Assembly (NCBI GenBank): GCA_963758295.1
Contig: CAVWUU010000003.1
Span: forward strand, 32,001 to 96,000
DNA: 64,000 nt
Origin: Candidatus Eremiobacteria bacterium
GTDB lineage: Bacteria > Vulcanimicrobiota > Vulcanimicrobiia > Vulcanimicrobiales > Vulcanimicrobiaceae
Reading direction: 5' to 3'
The notes under the pieces were generated by a model that did not search any database, was not told the origin of the DNA, and worked only from the letters and a program-made list of their open reading frames with translations. The position numbers and the translations under genes are program-made. Shown here in pieces: positions 20,617 through 32,305 of the stretch; positions within the stretch are counted from its first letter, which is position 1, and the number at the start of each line of letters is the position of its first letter.

Positions 20617-21867
20617 GTGCTCGATGAGATTCTTCGAGGACCGCTCTCTTTTCATACGGTCGCACCTCCCGCATTACACCCGTTCGACGGCCTAGACGCC
20701 GCCATGCGGGAACTTGCGATCGCGTTGCAAGCCCAGCCGCAACGTGCCGAAATTCATGCGGCGATAGGGAACGGCTTTATCCGCCAAACCCGATACCTGG
20801 AAGCGATCGAAGCTTATCGCACCGCAGCACGATTGGACGCCCAATCCGCCGCTGCCCGTCTCGCGCTCGCAGAATTGCTGTTTGTTGCGAAAGACCACCG
20901 AGCGACAGCGGCGCTCGGCGATGCGCTGGCATTGCAGCGAGCTTATCACGATCCGGAACCGCCGGCCAAGCGAACGCGCGTGGCGATGCTTTTGCGTGAT
21001 GCATCGTACAGCGTCAACACGCCGCTCGAGTTGATTGCGGATCGCTCCGAACTCGCGCTCGACAAGTACTACATTGAGGAGGCCTCGCCCGCGTTTCCAG
21101 CCGATGTGGTTTTTTGCGCCTTTGGCCACTCGCGCAACGGGACGGGAATCGTCGACCGGGCCCTGGAGTTTGCGCGCAGGCTGGATCGTCCGTTGATAAA
21201 TGATCCTCGAGCGCTGCCTTCGATCGCCCGCGAGCGGCTACGTGAAACGCTTGGGGGCATCCCGAGCGTCACCGTAGTCGATACGCGAATCGTCAAGCGG
21301 GAAGAGCTGCGGTTCACGGGAGCGCATCTGGTGCGGCCGCTCGACACCCACGCCGGTTCCGGCTTGCGGCTCATCGAGAGCGAAGAGGCCCTGAAGGAGC
21401 ATTTGGAACTTCATCGTGCCTGCGCATATCATGTCTCGCCGTTTGTTGAGTACGTATCGGGCGACGGGTTCTACCGCAAATACCGGATCTTGTTTGTAAA
21501 CAAAATGCCGCTTCCATACCACCTGGCGATCTCGCCGCGATGGATGGTGCACTATCGCGGTACGCCGATGGCGCGGTACGAGTGGATGCGATCCGAAGAA
21601 AGGGCGTTTCTAGCCGAGCCGCGCCGGGTTTTTCCGATGTGGGACGATGCATTGGCGGCGGTCCGAGATCGCATCGGTCTCGACTATTTCGGCATTGATT
21701 GCGCGATGCTCGGTGACGGAACGCTGCTGATTTTCGAAGCGGACGCCGCGATGCTCGTTCACGACGAAGAACCGGGCAGCGTTTTCCAATATAAGAGACC
21801 GGCGATCGATGCCATCCGCCGGTCTCTGACGCAGATGTTTCGTAACGCGGCTTACAGCACTTCGTAG
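20617..21867 (+). CDS. TPR + ATP-grasp (RimK/GSH-synthetase-like) protein
   Basis: N-terminal TPR-like helices; LIND, VRPLDTHAGSGL, DGFYRKYR, LDYFGIDC, LLIFEAD. Confidence 0.75.
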   Translation: MLDEILRGPLSFHTVAPPALHPFDGLDAAMRELAIALQAQPQRAEIHAAIGNGFIRQTRYLEAIEAYRTAARLDAQSAAARLALAELLFVAKDHRATAALGDALALQRAYHDPEPPAKRTRVAMLLRDASYSVNTPLELIADRSELALDKYYIEEASPAFPADVVFCAFGHSRNGTGIVDRALEFARRLDRPLINDPRALPSIARERLRETLGGIPSVTVVDTRIVKREELRFTGAHLVRPLDTHAGSGLRLIESEEALKEHLELHRACAYHVSPFVEYVSGDGFYRKYRILFVNKMPLPYHLAISPRWMVHYRGTPMARYEWMRSEERAFLAEPRRVFPMWDDALAAVRDRIGLDYFGIDCAMLGDGTLLIFEADAAMLVHDEEPGSVFQYKRPAIDAIRRSLTQMFRNAAYSTS

Positions 21868-22571
21868 ACGCGCAAAAACTCCTCGGTAAGTGCCCATGCT
21901 TGCCGCGCTGCGGCTTCGTTATAGCTTTGGCGTTGGTCGCAGAAAAAGCCGTGATCCGCGTGGGAAAACTCGACTTGTTCGTGCGTCTTTCCGGCAGCGC
22001 TGAGGGCGTCGGCGACGGAGCGCCGCTGCTCCGGAGGGATGTGTGCATCCAAGCCGCCCCAAAACATCAAGAGCGGTGCCCGCTGCCCCCCTGCGAGCGG
22101 AAGAAGGTCGGGCGCGATGCCGCCTCCATAAAACGAAATTGCGGCGGTCAGACTGACGCACGTATTCGCAATAAATGCGACCCGGCCACCCATGCAGAAG
22201 CCGACTGCCGCGATGCGCGTCGGCTCAACGCGCGGCTCTTGCCGCAGCCAGCGATGCGCAGCCTCGACGTCGGCAACGATGCCTTCGCGCTTAAGCGCTC
22301 CGATGTGCTCGCGAACGCCCGCGAAATCGGTGTACGAACCTTCGAATCCTGAAGGGGCGGTGCGATGGAAAAGTTCAGGAGCGATCGCCGTGAAACCCAG
22401 ATTGCCAAAACGATCGGCGACGTCGCGAATGTGCGCGTTGACTCCGAAAGCTTCTTGAAACACGAGAATTCCAGGTCCACTGATCACCGCGGATGGGCGT
22501 GAAACGTAGGCGTTCATCACCGAACCGTCGGAAACTTCGAGTGAAACGCGTTCGGTCGAAAGGGCCGACAA
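21852..22571 (-). CDS. dienelactone hydrolase family protein
   Basis: QEAFGVNAHI, GFCMGG, DAHIP, HGFFCD. Confidence 0.92.
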   Translation of the reverse strand: MSALSTERVSLEVSDGSVMNAYVSRPSAVISGPGILVFQEAFGVNAHIRDVADRFGNLGFTAIAPELFHRTAPSGFEGSYTDFAGVREHIGALKREGIVADVEAAHRWLRQEPRVEPTRIAAVGFCMGGRVAFIANTCVSLTAAISFYGGGIAPDLLPLAGGQRAPLLMFWGGLDAHIPPEQRRSVADALSAAGKTHEQVEFSHADHGFFCDQRQSYNEAAARQAWALTEEFLRVYEVL

Positions 22572-22644
22572 CGAAGTTCTCCTCTCTGAAATGCGCGTAC
22601 CCAGGAAGGACGCGCGGCATGCAAAGCCGCAGAATTATCCTTGT

Positions 22645-22995
22645 ATGGGCGCGCTTCTTGAGATTCACCTTGTAGTCGCATTTTTAGTCGTGCTTTGCGC
22701 ACTAGTTTTTAGCTGGAACGACCTGGGCCGCCGCGTGGTCAACGCCGTCGCGGCGCTGCAATTTTTACTCGGGCTCGTCCTCGCCGGGGTTATGGGCGCG
22801 AATCACGTACCGATGCCGCCGAATCTGTGGCTGCACGTGCTTTCGGCGTTGCTCGTGCTGGGCGCTTACGGGATGTCGATGCGTTACGGCAAACGCGCCG
22901 GCGGAGCGCGCACGGCGTTGATCCTTTCGATCGTAGGGTTCGTGCTCGTGTTCGTAACGTTCTGGCTCGGCTTGCACATGGCTGGAAAAGTCTAG
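22645..22995 (+). CDS. four-TM hypothetical membrane protein
   Basis: Four hydrophobic helices with intramembrane His residues. Confidence 0.7.
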   Translation: MGALLEIHLVVAFLVVLCALVFSWNDLGRRVVNAVAALQFLLGLVLAGVMGANHVPMPPNLWLHVLSALLVLGAYGMSMRYGKRAGGARTALILSIVGFVLVFVTFWLGLHMAGKV

Positions 22996-22998
22996 GCG

Positions 22999-23520
22999 AT
23001 GAAAGCCGGAAGAGTACTGCTTCTCGTCGTTCTCCTTATCGTCGTCGCCGGGGCATCATGGTTCTATTTCAGCCATCGCCAACCGGCGCCGGCAGCACAT
23101 CTCGTTGTCTACTACACGAAGGTCGACGGCCGTTCGCTCGGCACGTGGACGGTTTCCATGCGTCCGCAGCAGACCGGCGAGTCGGGGCCGGAGCACATTC
23201 ACAACGAGGCTACCATCGCGGCGGTTCAGGCTGTGGCCGGTCCGCCGTCGGACGTTCAAGCGGTCCGTTTCCCGGCGGGAACCCGGGTGAACGGCGTAAC
23301 CGTTAACGGAACGGTCGCAACGGTCGATTTATCTAATGAAGTAACTAATCAGGGCGGCGGGTCGTTCGGCGAAAACGGCGAGTTCAAGGGACTCGTCTAC
23401 ACGCTCACGGGCATCCCGGACGTCGACGCCGTGCAAGTTACGATTGCGGGCCATAAGCTCCAAACTCTCCCGGGGGGACACCTTGAACTGGACACGCCGC
23501 TTCGCCGCTCGGATTGGTAG
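22999..23520 (+). CDS. GerMN domain protein
   Basis: FPAGTRVNGVTV...ATVDLS...LVYTLT...VDAVQVTIAG; in an amidase/murI cluster. Confidence 0.85.
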   Translation: MKAGRVLLLVVLLIVVAGASWFYFSHRQPAPAAHLVVYYTKVDGRSLGTWTVSMRPQQTGESGPEHIHNEATIAAVQAVAGPPSDVQAVRFPAGTRVNGVTVNGTVATVDLSNEVTNQGGGSFGENGEFKGLVYTLTGIPDVDAVQVTIAGHKLQTLPGGHLELDTPLRRSDW

Positions 23521-25438
23521 CGCTCTAGCGCTCCTGGTCGCGCTCCAGCTCTCGCCGGTTCCGGCGCGCGCGGACGGCGCGACGTTCCTCTACCATAATC
23601 AGCCGCTCGCTTTCAGCCATCTCTCCCAGAGCGCCGGCTCGACGATGGTCGGCATCAACGATCCCGGCTTGCGCGCGCTTCTTCGTGAAATCGGAGCCGT
23701 CGTCACCTGGCACCCGGGCGAACGGTACGTATTGATCACTACCGCCGAGCCCATCGTCGTGAACTTCTCCGTTGGCGACACTCGCTACGACGTCGGGCCC
23801 CTTTCGGCGCAGGCAAGCCAAGCGCCGTACGTTGGGACGAACGACGAAGTTTTCTTACCCTTGAACGAGTTACTTGGAGCGCTTTATCTGGCGCCCAAGC
23901 GCGACGGCAATGCGACGGTTCTCCAACCGCAACTCGCATCGATCGACGTGCAAGGCGGCGGTTCCGAGGCCGTGCTTGTTGCGCGCGGCGGCGCGCCGCT
24001 GCATCCGCGCGTCGTGAGCGACGCGGGCGATAAGGTCGTGTACGAATTCGACGGCGTCGGCTCGACGCTCAACCGCAACCGTTCGGTGAACGCCGGCGGC
24101 ATTCGCGCGCTGGAAGTCAACGCCACCGGAAGCGCGCGCGATCCGAAGACCTTTGTGACGGTGCTGCTGGAGGCAGGCGCGCGTCACGACGCGCCGCGCA
24201 GCAACAACGGTGATTTCGAAGTCGCATTCGGCGGCAGCGGGGGTGCGCCGCCATTGGTTGCAGCCGCTCCGGCAACACAGCCGCAGCAACAGCAAACCGA
24301 GACGCCCGCGCCCGCGTCACCCGAAACGAGTCCCCAAGCCTCGCCGCTCGCGACCGACACGCCGGCGCAAAGCGGCGCGACGGTCACTAACGTCAGCGTC
24401 GCGCCTGCGAGCGACGGCGCAACGGTCACAATTGCCGTTAATGGAAACGCGACATTTGAATGGCACCGCTTGCGCGAACCGGATAACCGGTTCTGGATCG
24501 ACATCAAAGGTGCGTCGCTGCAAGGCCCGGCTCGCGATGAAACGGAGTCCGATCCACTCGTCTCCATGCGCGTACGTCAGAACGACGCGCAGACGGTTCG
24601 CATTGCGCTCTCCCTTTCGGGGACGAAAAACCTCACCGTTTCGCCGTCGGCTACGGGCCTTACGATTACCGTCGGCCGGGACGAAGTGGCAGACGTGCAA
24701 CGCTCCGGAAGCGGCAGCACGGGCAGCGTCGTCGCCGTCAACGAACCGCCGCAGACCCTCGTAACGCCGGTTCCGGCCGATCAGTACGGGCAAAATCAAT
24801 CGGAGGCGAGCGGCGATTGGAAATTCGCTCCGCGTAGTTCCTACGTGCCGACGAATCCAAAGCTCATCGTCATCGATCCGGGCCACGGCGGAAGCGATCG
24901 CGGCGCGATTCGCAACGGCACCGCTGAAGCCGATCTTACGCTCGACATGGCTAAGCGCTTGCGCGACATTCTCGTGGCGCGCGGTTGGCAAGTGCGGATG
25001 ACGCGCACGACCGACGTGGACGTGTATGCGCCCAACGATTCGGCACGTGACGAACTTCAAGCGCGCGTAAACGTTGCGGCGAATGCCGGCGCCCGAATGT
25101 TCGTGAGCATTCACGTAAACAGCTTCATCAACAGCGGGCCGAGCGGCACCACGACGTACTACTCCAAGCCGATGGACGTGCCGTTGGCGCAAACCGTCGA
25201 GCGGCAACTTCCGGGATTGCTCGGCACGAAAGACGACGGCACGGTAAAAAGCAAACTCTACGTTACTTTGCATTCGCCGATGCCGGCGATCCTGATCGAG
25301 ACGGCGTTTCTTTCCAATCCGTCGGACTACGATCGTCTCGTCACGTCGGATTGGCGCCAAAAGTTGGCCCAGGGTATCGCCGACGGTATCGACCGCTACG
25401 CGCAAAGCAATCCGGTTCCGAGCGGCGCCGGCCAATGA
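23483..25438 (+). CDS. N-acetylmuramoyl-L-alanine amidase (AMIN + Amidase_3)
   Basis: IVIDPGHGGSD, FVSIHVN, PAILIETAFLSN; AMIN-like PDNRFWIDI; start uncertain. Confidence 0.9.
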   Translation: MNWTRRFAARIGSALALLVALQLSPVPARADGATFLYHNQPLAFSHLSQSAGSTMVGINDPGLRALLREIGAVVTWHPGERYVLITTAEPIVVNFSVGDTRYDVGPLSAQASQAPYVGTNDEVFLPLNELLGALYLAPKRDGNATVLQPQLASIDVQGGGSEAVLVARGGAPLHPRVVSDAGDKVVYEFDGVGSTLNRNRSVNAGGIRALEVNATGSARDPKTFVTVLLEAGARHDAPRSNNGDFEVAFGGSGGAPPLVAAAPATQPQQQQTETPAPASPETSPQASPLATDTPAQSGATVTNVSVAPASDGATVTIAVNGNATFEWHRLREPDNRFWIDIKGASLQGPARDETESDPLVSMRVRQNDAQTVRIALSLSGTKNLTVSPSATGLTITVGRDEVADVQRSGSGSTGSVVAVNEPPQTLVTPVPADQYGQNQSEASGDWKFAPRSSYVPTNPKLIVIDPGHGGSDRGAIRNGTAEADLTLDMAKRLRDILVARGWQVRMTRTTDVDVYAPNDSARDELQARVNVAANAGARMFVSIHVNSFINSGPSGTTTYYSKPMDVPLAQTVERQLPGLLGTKDDGTVKSKLYVTLHSPMPAILIETAFLSNPSDYDRLVTSDWRQKLAQGIADGIDRYAQSNPVPSGAGQ

Positions 25439-26187
25439 TCGGGGTTTTTGATTCGGGCCTCGGCGGACTAAGCGTCGTCCGCCGGGTGCGCGAGCGTTTG
25501 CCGCTGGTAGACGTACTGTTCTTCGCGGATCAAGCGCACGTGCCGTACGGCGATCGCACGCCGGAAGATTTGCACCGGCTGTTGCACGCGAACCTCGAGT
25601 GGCTCGATGCGCGCCAGCCCCGCGCCATCGTCATGGGCTGCAATACTTCGTGTGCCATTGCGGATCTCTATGGCTGGCCCGATACGAAGGCCGTGGTGTT
25701 CGATCTCATCGAGTCGGCCACGCACGCCGTTCAGGCTTCGGGCGCGAGGCGCATCGGCGTAGTGGCAACGGCCGCCACCGTGCGGTCCGGCGTCTACGCC
25801 CGGCGTATCGGCGCGACCATCCCCGGAAGCGAAGTCACCGAAGTAGCCGCACCCGCGCTCGTTCCCCTCGTCGAAGCGGGGAAGAGCCGAGATGAAGAAG
25901 CGCGGATCGCCGTGGCGGACGCGTGCGCCGGCTTACCGGCAAACTTGGACGCCGTCGTCCTCGCCTGCACGCACTATCCGCTGCTCGACGAACATTTTGC
26001 GGCGGTACTCGGGCCGTCGGTCATTCGCATCGACCCGGCCTTCGTCCAAGCCGAGCGAGTGGCCGCGCTCTTTGAAGCCGCGGGAAAGACGGTCGAGACC
26101 GGCACCACCGAATACGTTACGAACGGCGATTCCGAACTCTTTCGCGAAAATGTGGCTAAGCTTACGGAAGTCCCCCTTTCGAGTTAA
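25435..26187 (+). CDS. murI: glutamate racemase
   Basis: MIGVFDSGLGGLSV, PYG, GCNTS, LACTHYP. Confidence 0.95.
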   Translation: MIGVFDSGLGGLSVVRRVRERLPLVDVLFFADQAHVPYGDRTPEDLHRLLHANLEWLDARQPRAIVMGCNTSCAIADLYGWPDTKAVVFDLIESATHAVQASGARRIGVVATAATVRSGVYARRIGATIPGSEVTEVAAPALVPLVEAGKSRDEEARIAVADACAGLPANLDAVVLACTHYPLLDEHFAAVLGPSVIRIDPAFVQAERVAALFEAAGKTVETGTTEYVTNGDSELFRENVAKLTEVPLSS

Positions 26188-26250
26188 GTCACCTCCAGTT
26201 CATGTAGGCGTGGTTAGCTCGAAGATATCCGTCATCATAGAGGAGATGCC

Positions 26251-27156
26251 GTGCCGATTCTTCCCGCCATGCCGCCCCAGACGCTCGAGTCGAAGGGCGG
26301 TTTCGATTACGTCAACGTCGACGCCGTAAACCGTCGAGTGTACGCCGCTCACGGAGGCGCGAGTTCGCTGCTAATCGTTAATGCCGACACCGGCAAGGTG
26401 CTTGGTGAAGTGAAGGTCGGCGCAATGGCCGGCAACGCCGTCAATCCCGCGAACGGCCACGTCTTCACCGGCGACGGCGACGACAAAGCAATTTCCGAAG
26501 TCGATCCCGTCGCCATGAAAGAAGTGCATCGTATTGCTGTCGACGGTCCGGTGGACGCGCTCATGTTCGATCCGTCCAACGGCCACATCTACGGCGACGA
26601 AGACGACGGCACGCGAATCTTCGTGGTAGACGCGAAAACGTTCAAGCTTATCAAAGCGATCAACATTCCGGGACACAAACCCGAGTATCTGCAGATCGAT
26701 CCCAAAACGCACGAAGTGTACCAGAACATCGCCTCGGATTCAGAAATCGCCGTGATCGATCCGGTGAAGCTCGACGTTACCCGAACGATCAAGACCCCGG
26801 AGCTCACGAACAACCATCCGCTACAACTGGATGCGGCAAGCAACTCGCTCTTCGCTGCCGGCGAAAACGGCAAAATGTCGGTGTATTCGACCGACGGAAA
26901 ACAACTCGCAACGGCGGCGTATCCCGGACGCGTCGATCAATGCGATTACGATCCGCAACATAGCATGCTTGCGTGTTTTGGCGGCGGAATCACGCTGTTT
27001 TCCTACGATGGAACGCACGCGCCGCAGATGTTAGCGCAGCTCGCCGTCTCCAAAGGCATGCATACCGGCGCAATCGATCCGAAGACTGGAAATATTTGGG
27101 CCGTTTGGAGCGATCCGTCGGGCGCGCACGTTCAAGCCTTTACATACCACAAGTAA
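26251..27156 (+). CDS. YncE/YVTN beta-propeller protein
   Basis: GGFDY start and repeated xDP blades. Confidence 0.75.
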   Translation: MPILPAMPPQTLESKGGFDYVNVDAVNRRVYAAHGGASSLLIVNADTGKVLGEVKVGAMAGNAVNPANGHVFTGDGDDKAISEVDPVAMKEVHRIAVDGPVDALMFDPSNGHIYGDEDDGTRIFVVDAKTFKLIKAINIPGHKPEYLQIDPKTHEVYQNIASDSEIAVIDPVKLDVTRTIKTPELTNNHPLQLDAASNSLFAAGENGKMSVYSTDGKQLATAAYPGRVDQCDYDPQHSMLACFGGGITLFSYDGTHAPQMLAQLAVSKGMHTGAIDPKTGNIWAVWSDPSGAHVQAFTYHK

Positions 27157-27182
27157 GTCATGACGCGCGTGGGGTCCGTCGT

Positions 27183-27857
27183 TTGCGAATTCTGATCGTT
27201 GAAGACGATGGTCCCCTGCGCGAGCTCATCCAACGAGGGCTCAGCGAAGAGGGCAACGTCGTGGATGCCTTGCCGGATGGTTCGCAGGCTGAAGCCTACG
27301 TGAGAATGACTCCGTACGACGCCTTGATTCTTGATTTGAATCTGCCCGGGGAAGACGGCCTTTCGATTTTGCAGCGTTTACGTGCCGGCGGCATAACGGT
27401 TCCGGCCCTGGTTCTTACGGCGCGCGATGCGGTGGAAGACGTGATCGCCGGACTGGATGCCGGTGCCGACGATTACCTCCGTAAACCGTTCGCGTTCGGA
27501 GAACTGGAAGCGCGTTTGCGTTCCATTGTTCGCCGGCCGCCGTCTTACACCGATAGCATTTTGCGTGTCGGAGATATCGAGTTCAATTCCGGAACGCGCA
27601 CGGCAATGCGCAACGGGCGTGTGCTGCCGCTGACCGCAAAGGAAAGCGAATTCCTCGAGATCCTCATGCGTAACGCGGGGCAGATCGTCACCCGGCGTGC
27701 GTTAGAAGACCGGTTGTGGGATCGCCAGTCCGAAATAGCATCGAACGTCTTGGACGTCTATGCACGCCGCTTGCGATTAAAGCTGGGCGAAGGCGGCGAA
27801 GCAGCGGTGTTGCAAACCGTGCGCGGTATCGGTTATCGCCTCGAGCCGGCGACGTGA
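27183..27857 (+). CDS. OmpR-family response regulator
   Basis: RILIVEDD, LDLNLP, GADDYLRKPF, TVRGIGY. Confidence 0.92.
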   Translation: MRILIVEDDGPLRELIQRGLSEEGNVVDALPDGSQAEAYVRMTPYDALILDLNLPGEDGLSILQRLRAGGITVPALVLTARDAVEDVIAGLDAGADDYLRKPFAFGELEARLRSIVRRPPSYTDSILRVGDIEFNSGTRTAMRNGRVLPLTAKESEFLEILMRNAGQIVTRRALEDRLWDRQSEIASNVLDVYARRLRLKLGEGGEAAVLQTVRGIGYRLEPAT

Positions 27858-29149
27858 GCATCCGGGCGCGCTTCATCATCGCGGTCGTCGGGACGCTTGC
27901 CGTCGCGCTGGCGCTCTTTGCGGCGCTTTCCATTATCGCCATCGACCGCACGTTACATTCGTCATTGGATTCGAATCTGAACACGACTGCGCGAGCAATT
28001 GCGGCCGCAATCGACGTGCGCCACAACGAGCCGCAGCCGGATGCCGGCGACTTGCAAGAGATCGCGACGCTACGCGCGTCGGCGCGCGCCGCTATCGTCG
28101 ATTCACGGGGGAAGACGCTCGCGGGCGATGCGCCGGTCGATTTTCATTCAGACAAAGATACGCGCATTGCCGTCGCGAGCATCGTACGCCACGGCCAATT
28201 TGCCGGACGAGTCCTCGCCTGGCGATCCGACGAGTGGATCGACCAGATGGACCGCATTGCCATGCTCATTTCGTTTGCCGTTGGAGCGCTGGTGCTCGCG
28301 ACGGGAGCGCTCGTCGCGTATCGCGTTGCCGACACGGTCGTTGCTCCCATCGATCGCGTCGCGTCCCTGATGGAACGGATCGAAGGACGCGATCTTTCGT
28401 TGCGAATCGGCGTCCTCGGCATTGCGGAACTCGCCCGTTTAGCGGCATCTTTCGATCGGATGCTTCACCGGCTGGAATCGGCGTTTACGCGCGAACGGCA
28501 GTTCACAGGCGACGCATCGCACGAACTACGCGCGCCGCTTGCCGTCGTTCGAGCGGAAGCGGAGCTCGCATTGCGCCGGGATCGCACCACGGAAGAGTAC
28601 CGGCGCGCCTTCCAAGGCGTGTTGCATGAAGTCCAACGACTGGAAACGCTCATCGACGATTTGCTCGCGGCTGCTCGGGCGGAAGCCGATGCGGTGGATC
28701 GCCGCCCGGTTGACATTGCCATGCTCGCACAAGACGTTGTGGACCGGTGCCGTGTCGCCGCAGAGGTGAAGCACGTTACGATCGTTTCCGAGGACGCCCA
28801 TGAGGAAGTCCTCGTGGATCCGCTCGGGGTTGAACGCGCGTTGCTTGCGGTAGTGCATAACGCAATCGCGTTCGCTCCGGCGAACGGCACCGTCCGCATT
28901 GGGATCGAGTCCGAAGCAGCGGGTACGTCGGTCGTTGTGCGCGATGATGGTCGCGGTTTTTCGGATGAGGCTCTATCGCAGGCAACGCAGCGCTTCTGGC
29001 GCGCAGACGGTGCCCGTCCTCGCGGAGGCACCGGCCTCGGCCTCGCCATCGCCCGCGCGATTGTCGAAGCGAACGGCGGCGAACTTCGCCTCGGAAACAA
29101 CACCACCGGCGGCGCTTGCGTGTCCTTGCATTTCCCTTCGCCGCCCTGA
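27854..29149 (+). CDS. HAMP sensor histidine kinase (CusS-like)
   Basis: FTGDASHELRAPL, HNA, DDGRGF, GTGLGLAI. Confidence 0.9.
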   Translation: MSIRARFIIAVVGTLAVALALFAALSIIAIDRTLHSSLDSNLNTTARAIAAAIDVRHNEPQPDAGDLQEIATLRASARAAIVDSRGKTLAGDAPVDFHSDKDTRIAVASIVRHGQFAGRVLAWRSDEWIDQMDRIAMLISFAVGALVLATGALVAYRVADTVVAPIDRVASLMERIEGRDLSLRIGVLGIAELARLAASFDRMLHRLESAFTRERQFTGDASHELRAPLAVVRAEAELALRRDRTTEEYRRAFQGVLHEVQRLETLIDDLLAAARAEADAVDRRPVDIAMLAQDVVDRCRVAAEVKHVTIVSEDAHEEVLVDPLGVERALLAVVHNAIAFAPANGTVRIGIESEAAGTSVVVRDDGRGFSDEALSQATQRFWRADGARPRGGTGLGLAIARAIVEANGGELRLGNNTTGGACVSLHFPSPP

Positions 29150-29264
29150 AGAGGCCGAGCGGGTTAGAGTTCATAGTGGCGTCATGCAGGCGTGCGAGAA
29201 TTGACCTCGTGAGCCGCTAGGCGACGGACGAAAGTAGAAAGGGCCGATCCTGCATCTCGAACGC

Positions 29265-32200
29265 GTGCCGCTGCGGCACGAGCGAAGCATAATTTTTCTC
29301 GTGGTCGTGTTGACCGTGCTGGGAGCATGGGCGTACACGGCTATTCCAGCTTCGATTTTCCCGACGATGAGCTTCGCCCGGGTGGACGTGGTTGCCGGTG
29401 CGGGTGATTTACCGCCGGACCGCGTTCGCATTGCGGTCGCCCAGCCGTTGGAGCGCGCATTCACCGGCTTGCCCTCGGTGACGCGCGTTCGCTCGACTTC
29501 CGCGCAAGGCAACGCGGAGCTGATCGTCGAGTTCGATCCGCATACCGACGTTAATACCGATCTTCAGCAAGTTTTCCAGGGCATCTCGAGCGCGCGCGCA
29601 GGGCTTCCGGCCGGCACTAACGTTGATGCCACGATCATCAATCCGAATAGCGAACCGATTCTGTCCTATGCGTTCGTTTCGAGCGAACTCTCCCAAACGG
29701 TTGTCCATGAAATGCTCGCGCAGAATCTCGTGCCGCAATTTTACGGCATCCCGGGCCTCGCGCGGATGCTTGTCGTTGGCGGACCGCAGCGTGAGTATGC
29801 CGTCCAACTCGACGCCGGCGCCTTGTCGACGCGCGGGTTGAGCGCGGCCGACGTAACGAAAGCTTTGGGCGAAGCCAACACCGTGGTATCGCCCGGCATC
29901 GTCAATTCCTATGCCCAGCGGAATATCATTGTCGTCGATTCGCGACTGACGTCGGCGCAGGCCCTAGGCGAAGTCGCGATTCCGCTCGGCGCACATGACT
30001 CGGTGCCGTTGCGCGCGCTCGGAAGCGTCAAGCTGGGCGTGGCGCCGCTTACGGACCAGATGTCGTTCGACGCCAACCACGCCGTTGCGATAAATTTCTT
30101 TGCGCTGCCGGGCGCGGATGCGGTGAAGATGGCCGACGCGGTTGACGCGCGCATGGCGCAATTTGCGCCGCGTCTCCCGGGTGGCATTGCCGTGCACAAG
30201 TATTGGGATCAAACGACGTTAGTGCGCGATTCGCAGAAGAGTCTTCGCGACGCAATCGGCATCGGCGCGGTTCTGGCCATCCTCGTCATCTTACTGTTCT
30301 TGCGCAATTTGCGCATGACGCTCATCGCCGCTCTGATCATCCCGATCGCCGTTGCGACGGTGATCTTCGCGATCGGCCGTTTCGGCCAAACTCTGAATTT
30401 GATGAGCGTCGGCGGCTTGGCGGTTGCCGTGGGTCTGATCATCGACGATGCGATTGTCGTGATAGAAAATGTCGCGCGTCACCTTCACGAGCGCCCGCGC
30501 GCGAGCGGTGAAAGCGCCCGGCAAGCTTCGCGGCGCGTCGTCCCGGAGGCTATGCGTGAGTTGATCGCGCCGATGACCGCCTCGACGATCACGACCGTTG
30601 TCGTGTTCGTTCCACTCGCTTTACTTTCAGGGGTGTCCGGTTTCTTCTTTCGAGCCTTAGCCATTACGCTAGCGGCGTCGCTCGTCGTGTCGTTGTTGCT
30701 GGCGATCTTCGTGACGCCAATCGTCGCTTCGGTCCTGGTTAAACCAGCGGCCGAGCCCCATGACAACGGCGGATTTACCGGCGCCATTCTCGCGCGGTAC
30801 GAGCCATTGTTGAGATGGGCATTGGCGCATCGCACGGCCGTTTACGTTGCATCCGCGGTCGTGCTTGTCGTTACGGTGTTGCTTCTCACGCATCTTCCAA
30901 GCGATTTTTTGCCTTCACTGGACGAAGGTCAATTCGAAATCGGCTATCGGATGCCGGTCGGCACGACGCTTGAAGAGAGCGACGCTGCCGGGACGCAATT
31001 GGAAAAAGTGGCGCTTTCCGACCCCGCCGTCGCGTCGGTTGGGCGCTTTACCGGGATCGACACCAACGGCTTCTCGCCGACGCCGCCGCGTACGGGGACC
31101 ATTCGCGTAACGCTCAAGCCTAAGAACCAGCGCGCCGGTTACGACGACGTAAGCGGTCGTATGCGTGACACCATGCAGGGCGCGGTTCCCGCTGCTGAGC
31201 TGGACTTCCATCAAATTTTGGAAGATATGATCAACGACATGTCCGGCGCACCTTCGCCGATCGAGCTTACGTTGAACGGGCCGGACCAATCGACGCTAAT
31301 CGCTTCGGCCAAAGACGTCGCCGATCGCCTTGGCAGACTGCAAGGCGTGACCGACGTATATTCCGGTGTGAACTATGACGATCCCGCGATACGAATTGCC
31401 CCGAACGGCTCGCGCCTCGCAGCGCTTGGAATGGGCGTTACCGACATTGCCGATGCGCTCGGAGCGGCGACGCTCGGAAACGTGGCAACGCAGGTCTCGG
31501 GTGGAACGCAGCTCGTTCCCGTTCGTGTGGTCGTGGGCGATGCATCCGCGCCGCTCGACCGGCGGCTTCTGCCGACGGGCGCCGGCGCAATGCCTCTAAA
31601 TTCGCTTGCGAGCACGTCGAACGATCGCGCGTCGTCCGACATTGTCGAGCAGAATGGCGCGCGAATCGACATCGTAACCGCAAACTATAGCGGGAAGAGT
31701 CTTTCCGCCGTCATCGACGAGATCCGTGGAGCGATGAACAGGCGCCACTGCCGCCCGGGTATACGTGGTCGATCGGCGGCCAGTACGAGGCGCAACAATC
31801 GTCGTTTCGTGAATTTGCAACGGTGATCGGCATCGCGATCGCTCTCGTGTTCTTTGTGATGGTTGCGACGTTCCGGTCGTACCGGCTGCCGCTGGTAATT
31901 CTTACGGCCATTCCGCTTGCGCTGATCGGGGTCGCGCTCGGACTGGTCCTGACACGGACGCCGTTTAACGTTTCGTCCTTCATGGGCTTGCTGTTGCTTG
32001 TCGGATTGATCGTCAAGAACGGCATCTTGTTGATCGACGTAGCAAACCGTCGACGCACCGAAGGCGCGAGCGTCGAGGAGGCTCTCGTTGCCGCGGGCCG
32101 CCTGCGTTTGCGCCCCATCGTGATGACCACGTTCGCCGCGATCGGCGGTCTGCTTCCGCTCGCACTCGGGCTCGGCTCCGGCGCCGAGATGGAGAAGCCG

Positions 32201-32305
32201 CTTGCAATCGCGGTCATCGGCGGCCTTTCTACCGCGACGGCCTTCACGCTTATCGCTATTCCCGTGTTATACGCCGGGTTCGCCGGACGGGAGAGCCGCG
32301 CGTGA
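29265..32305 (+). CDS. RND efflux permease (AcrB/CusA family), frameshift near 31740
   Basis: GLIIDDAIVVIEN, GLIVKNGILL, RLRPIVMTT across ORFs 29265-31826 and 31823-32305. Confidence 0.9.
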
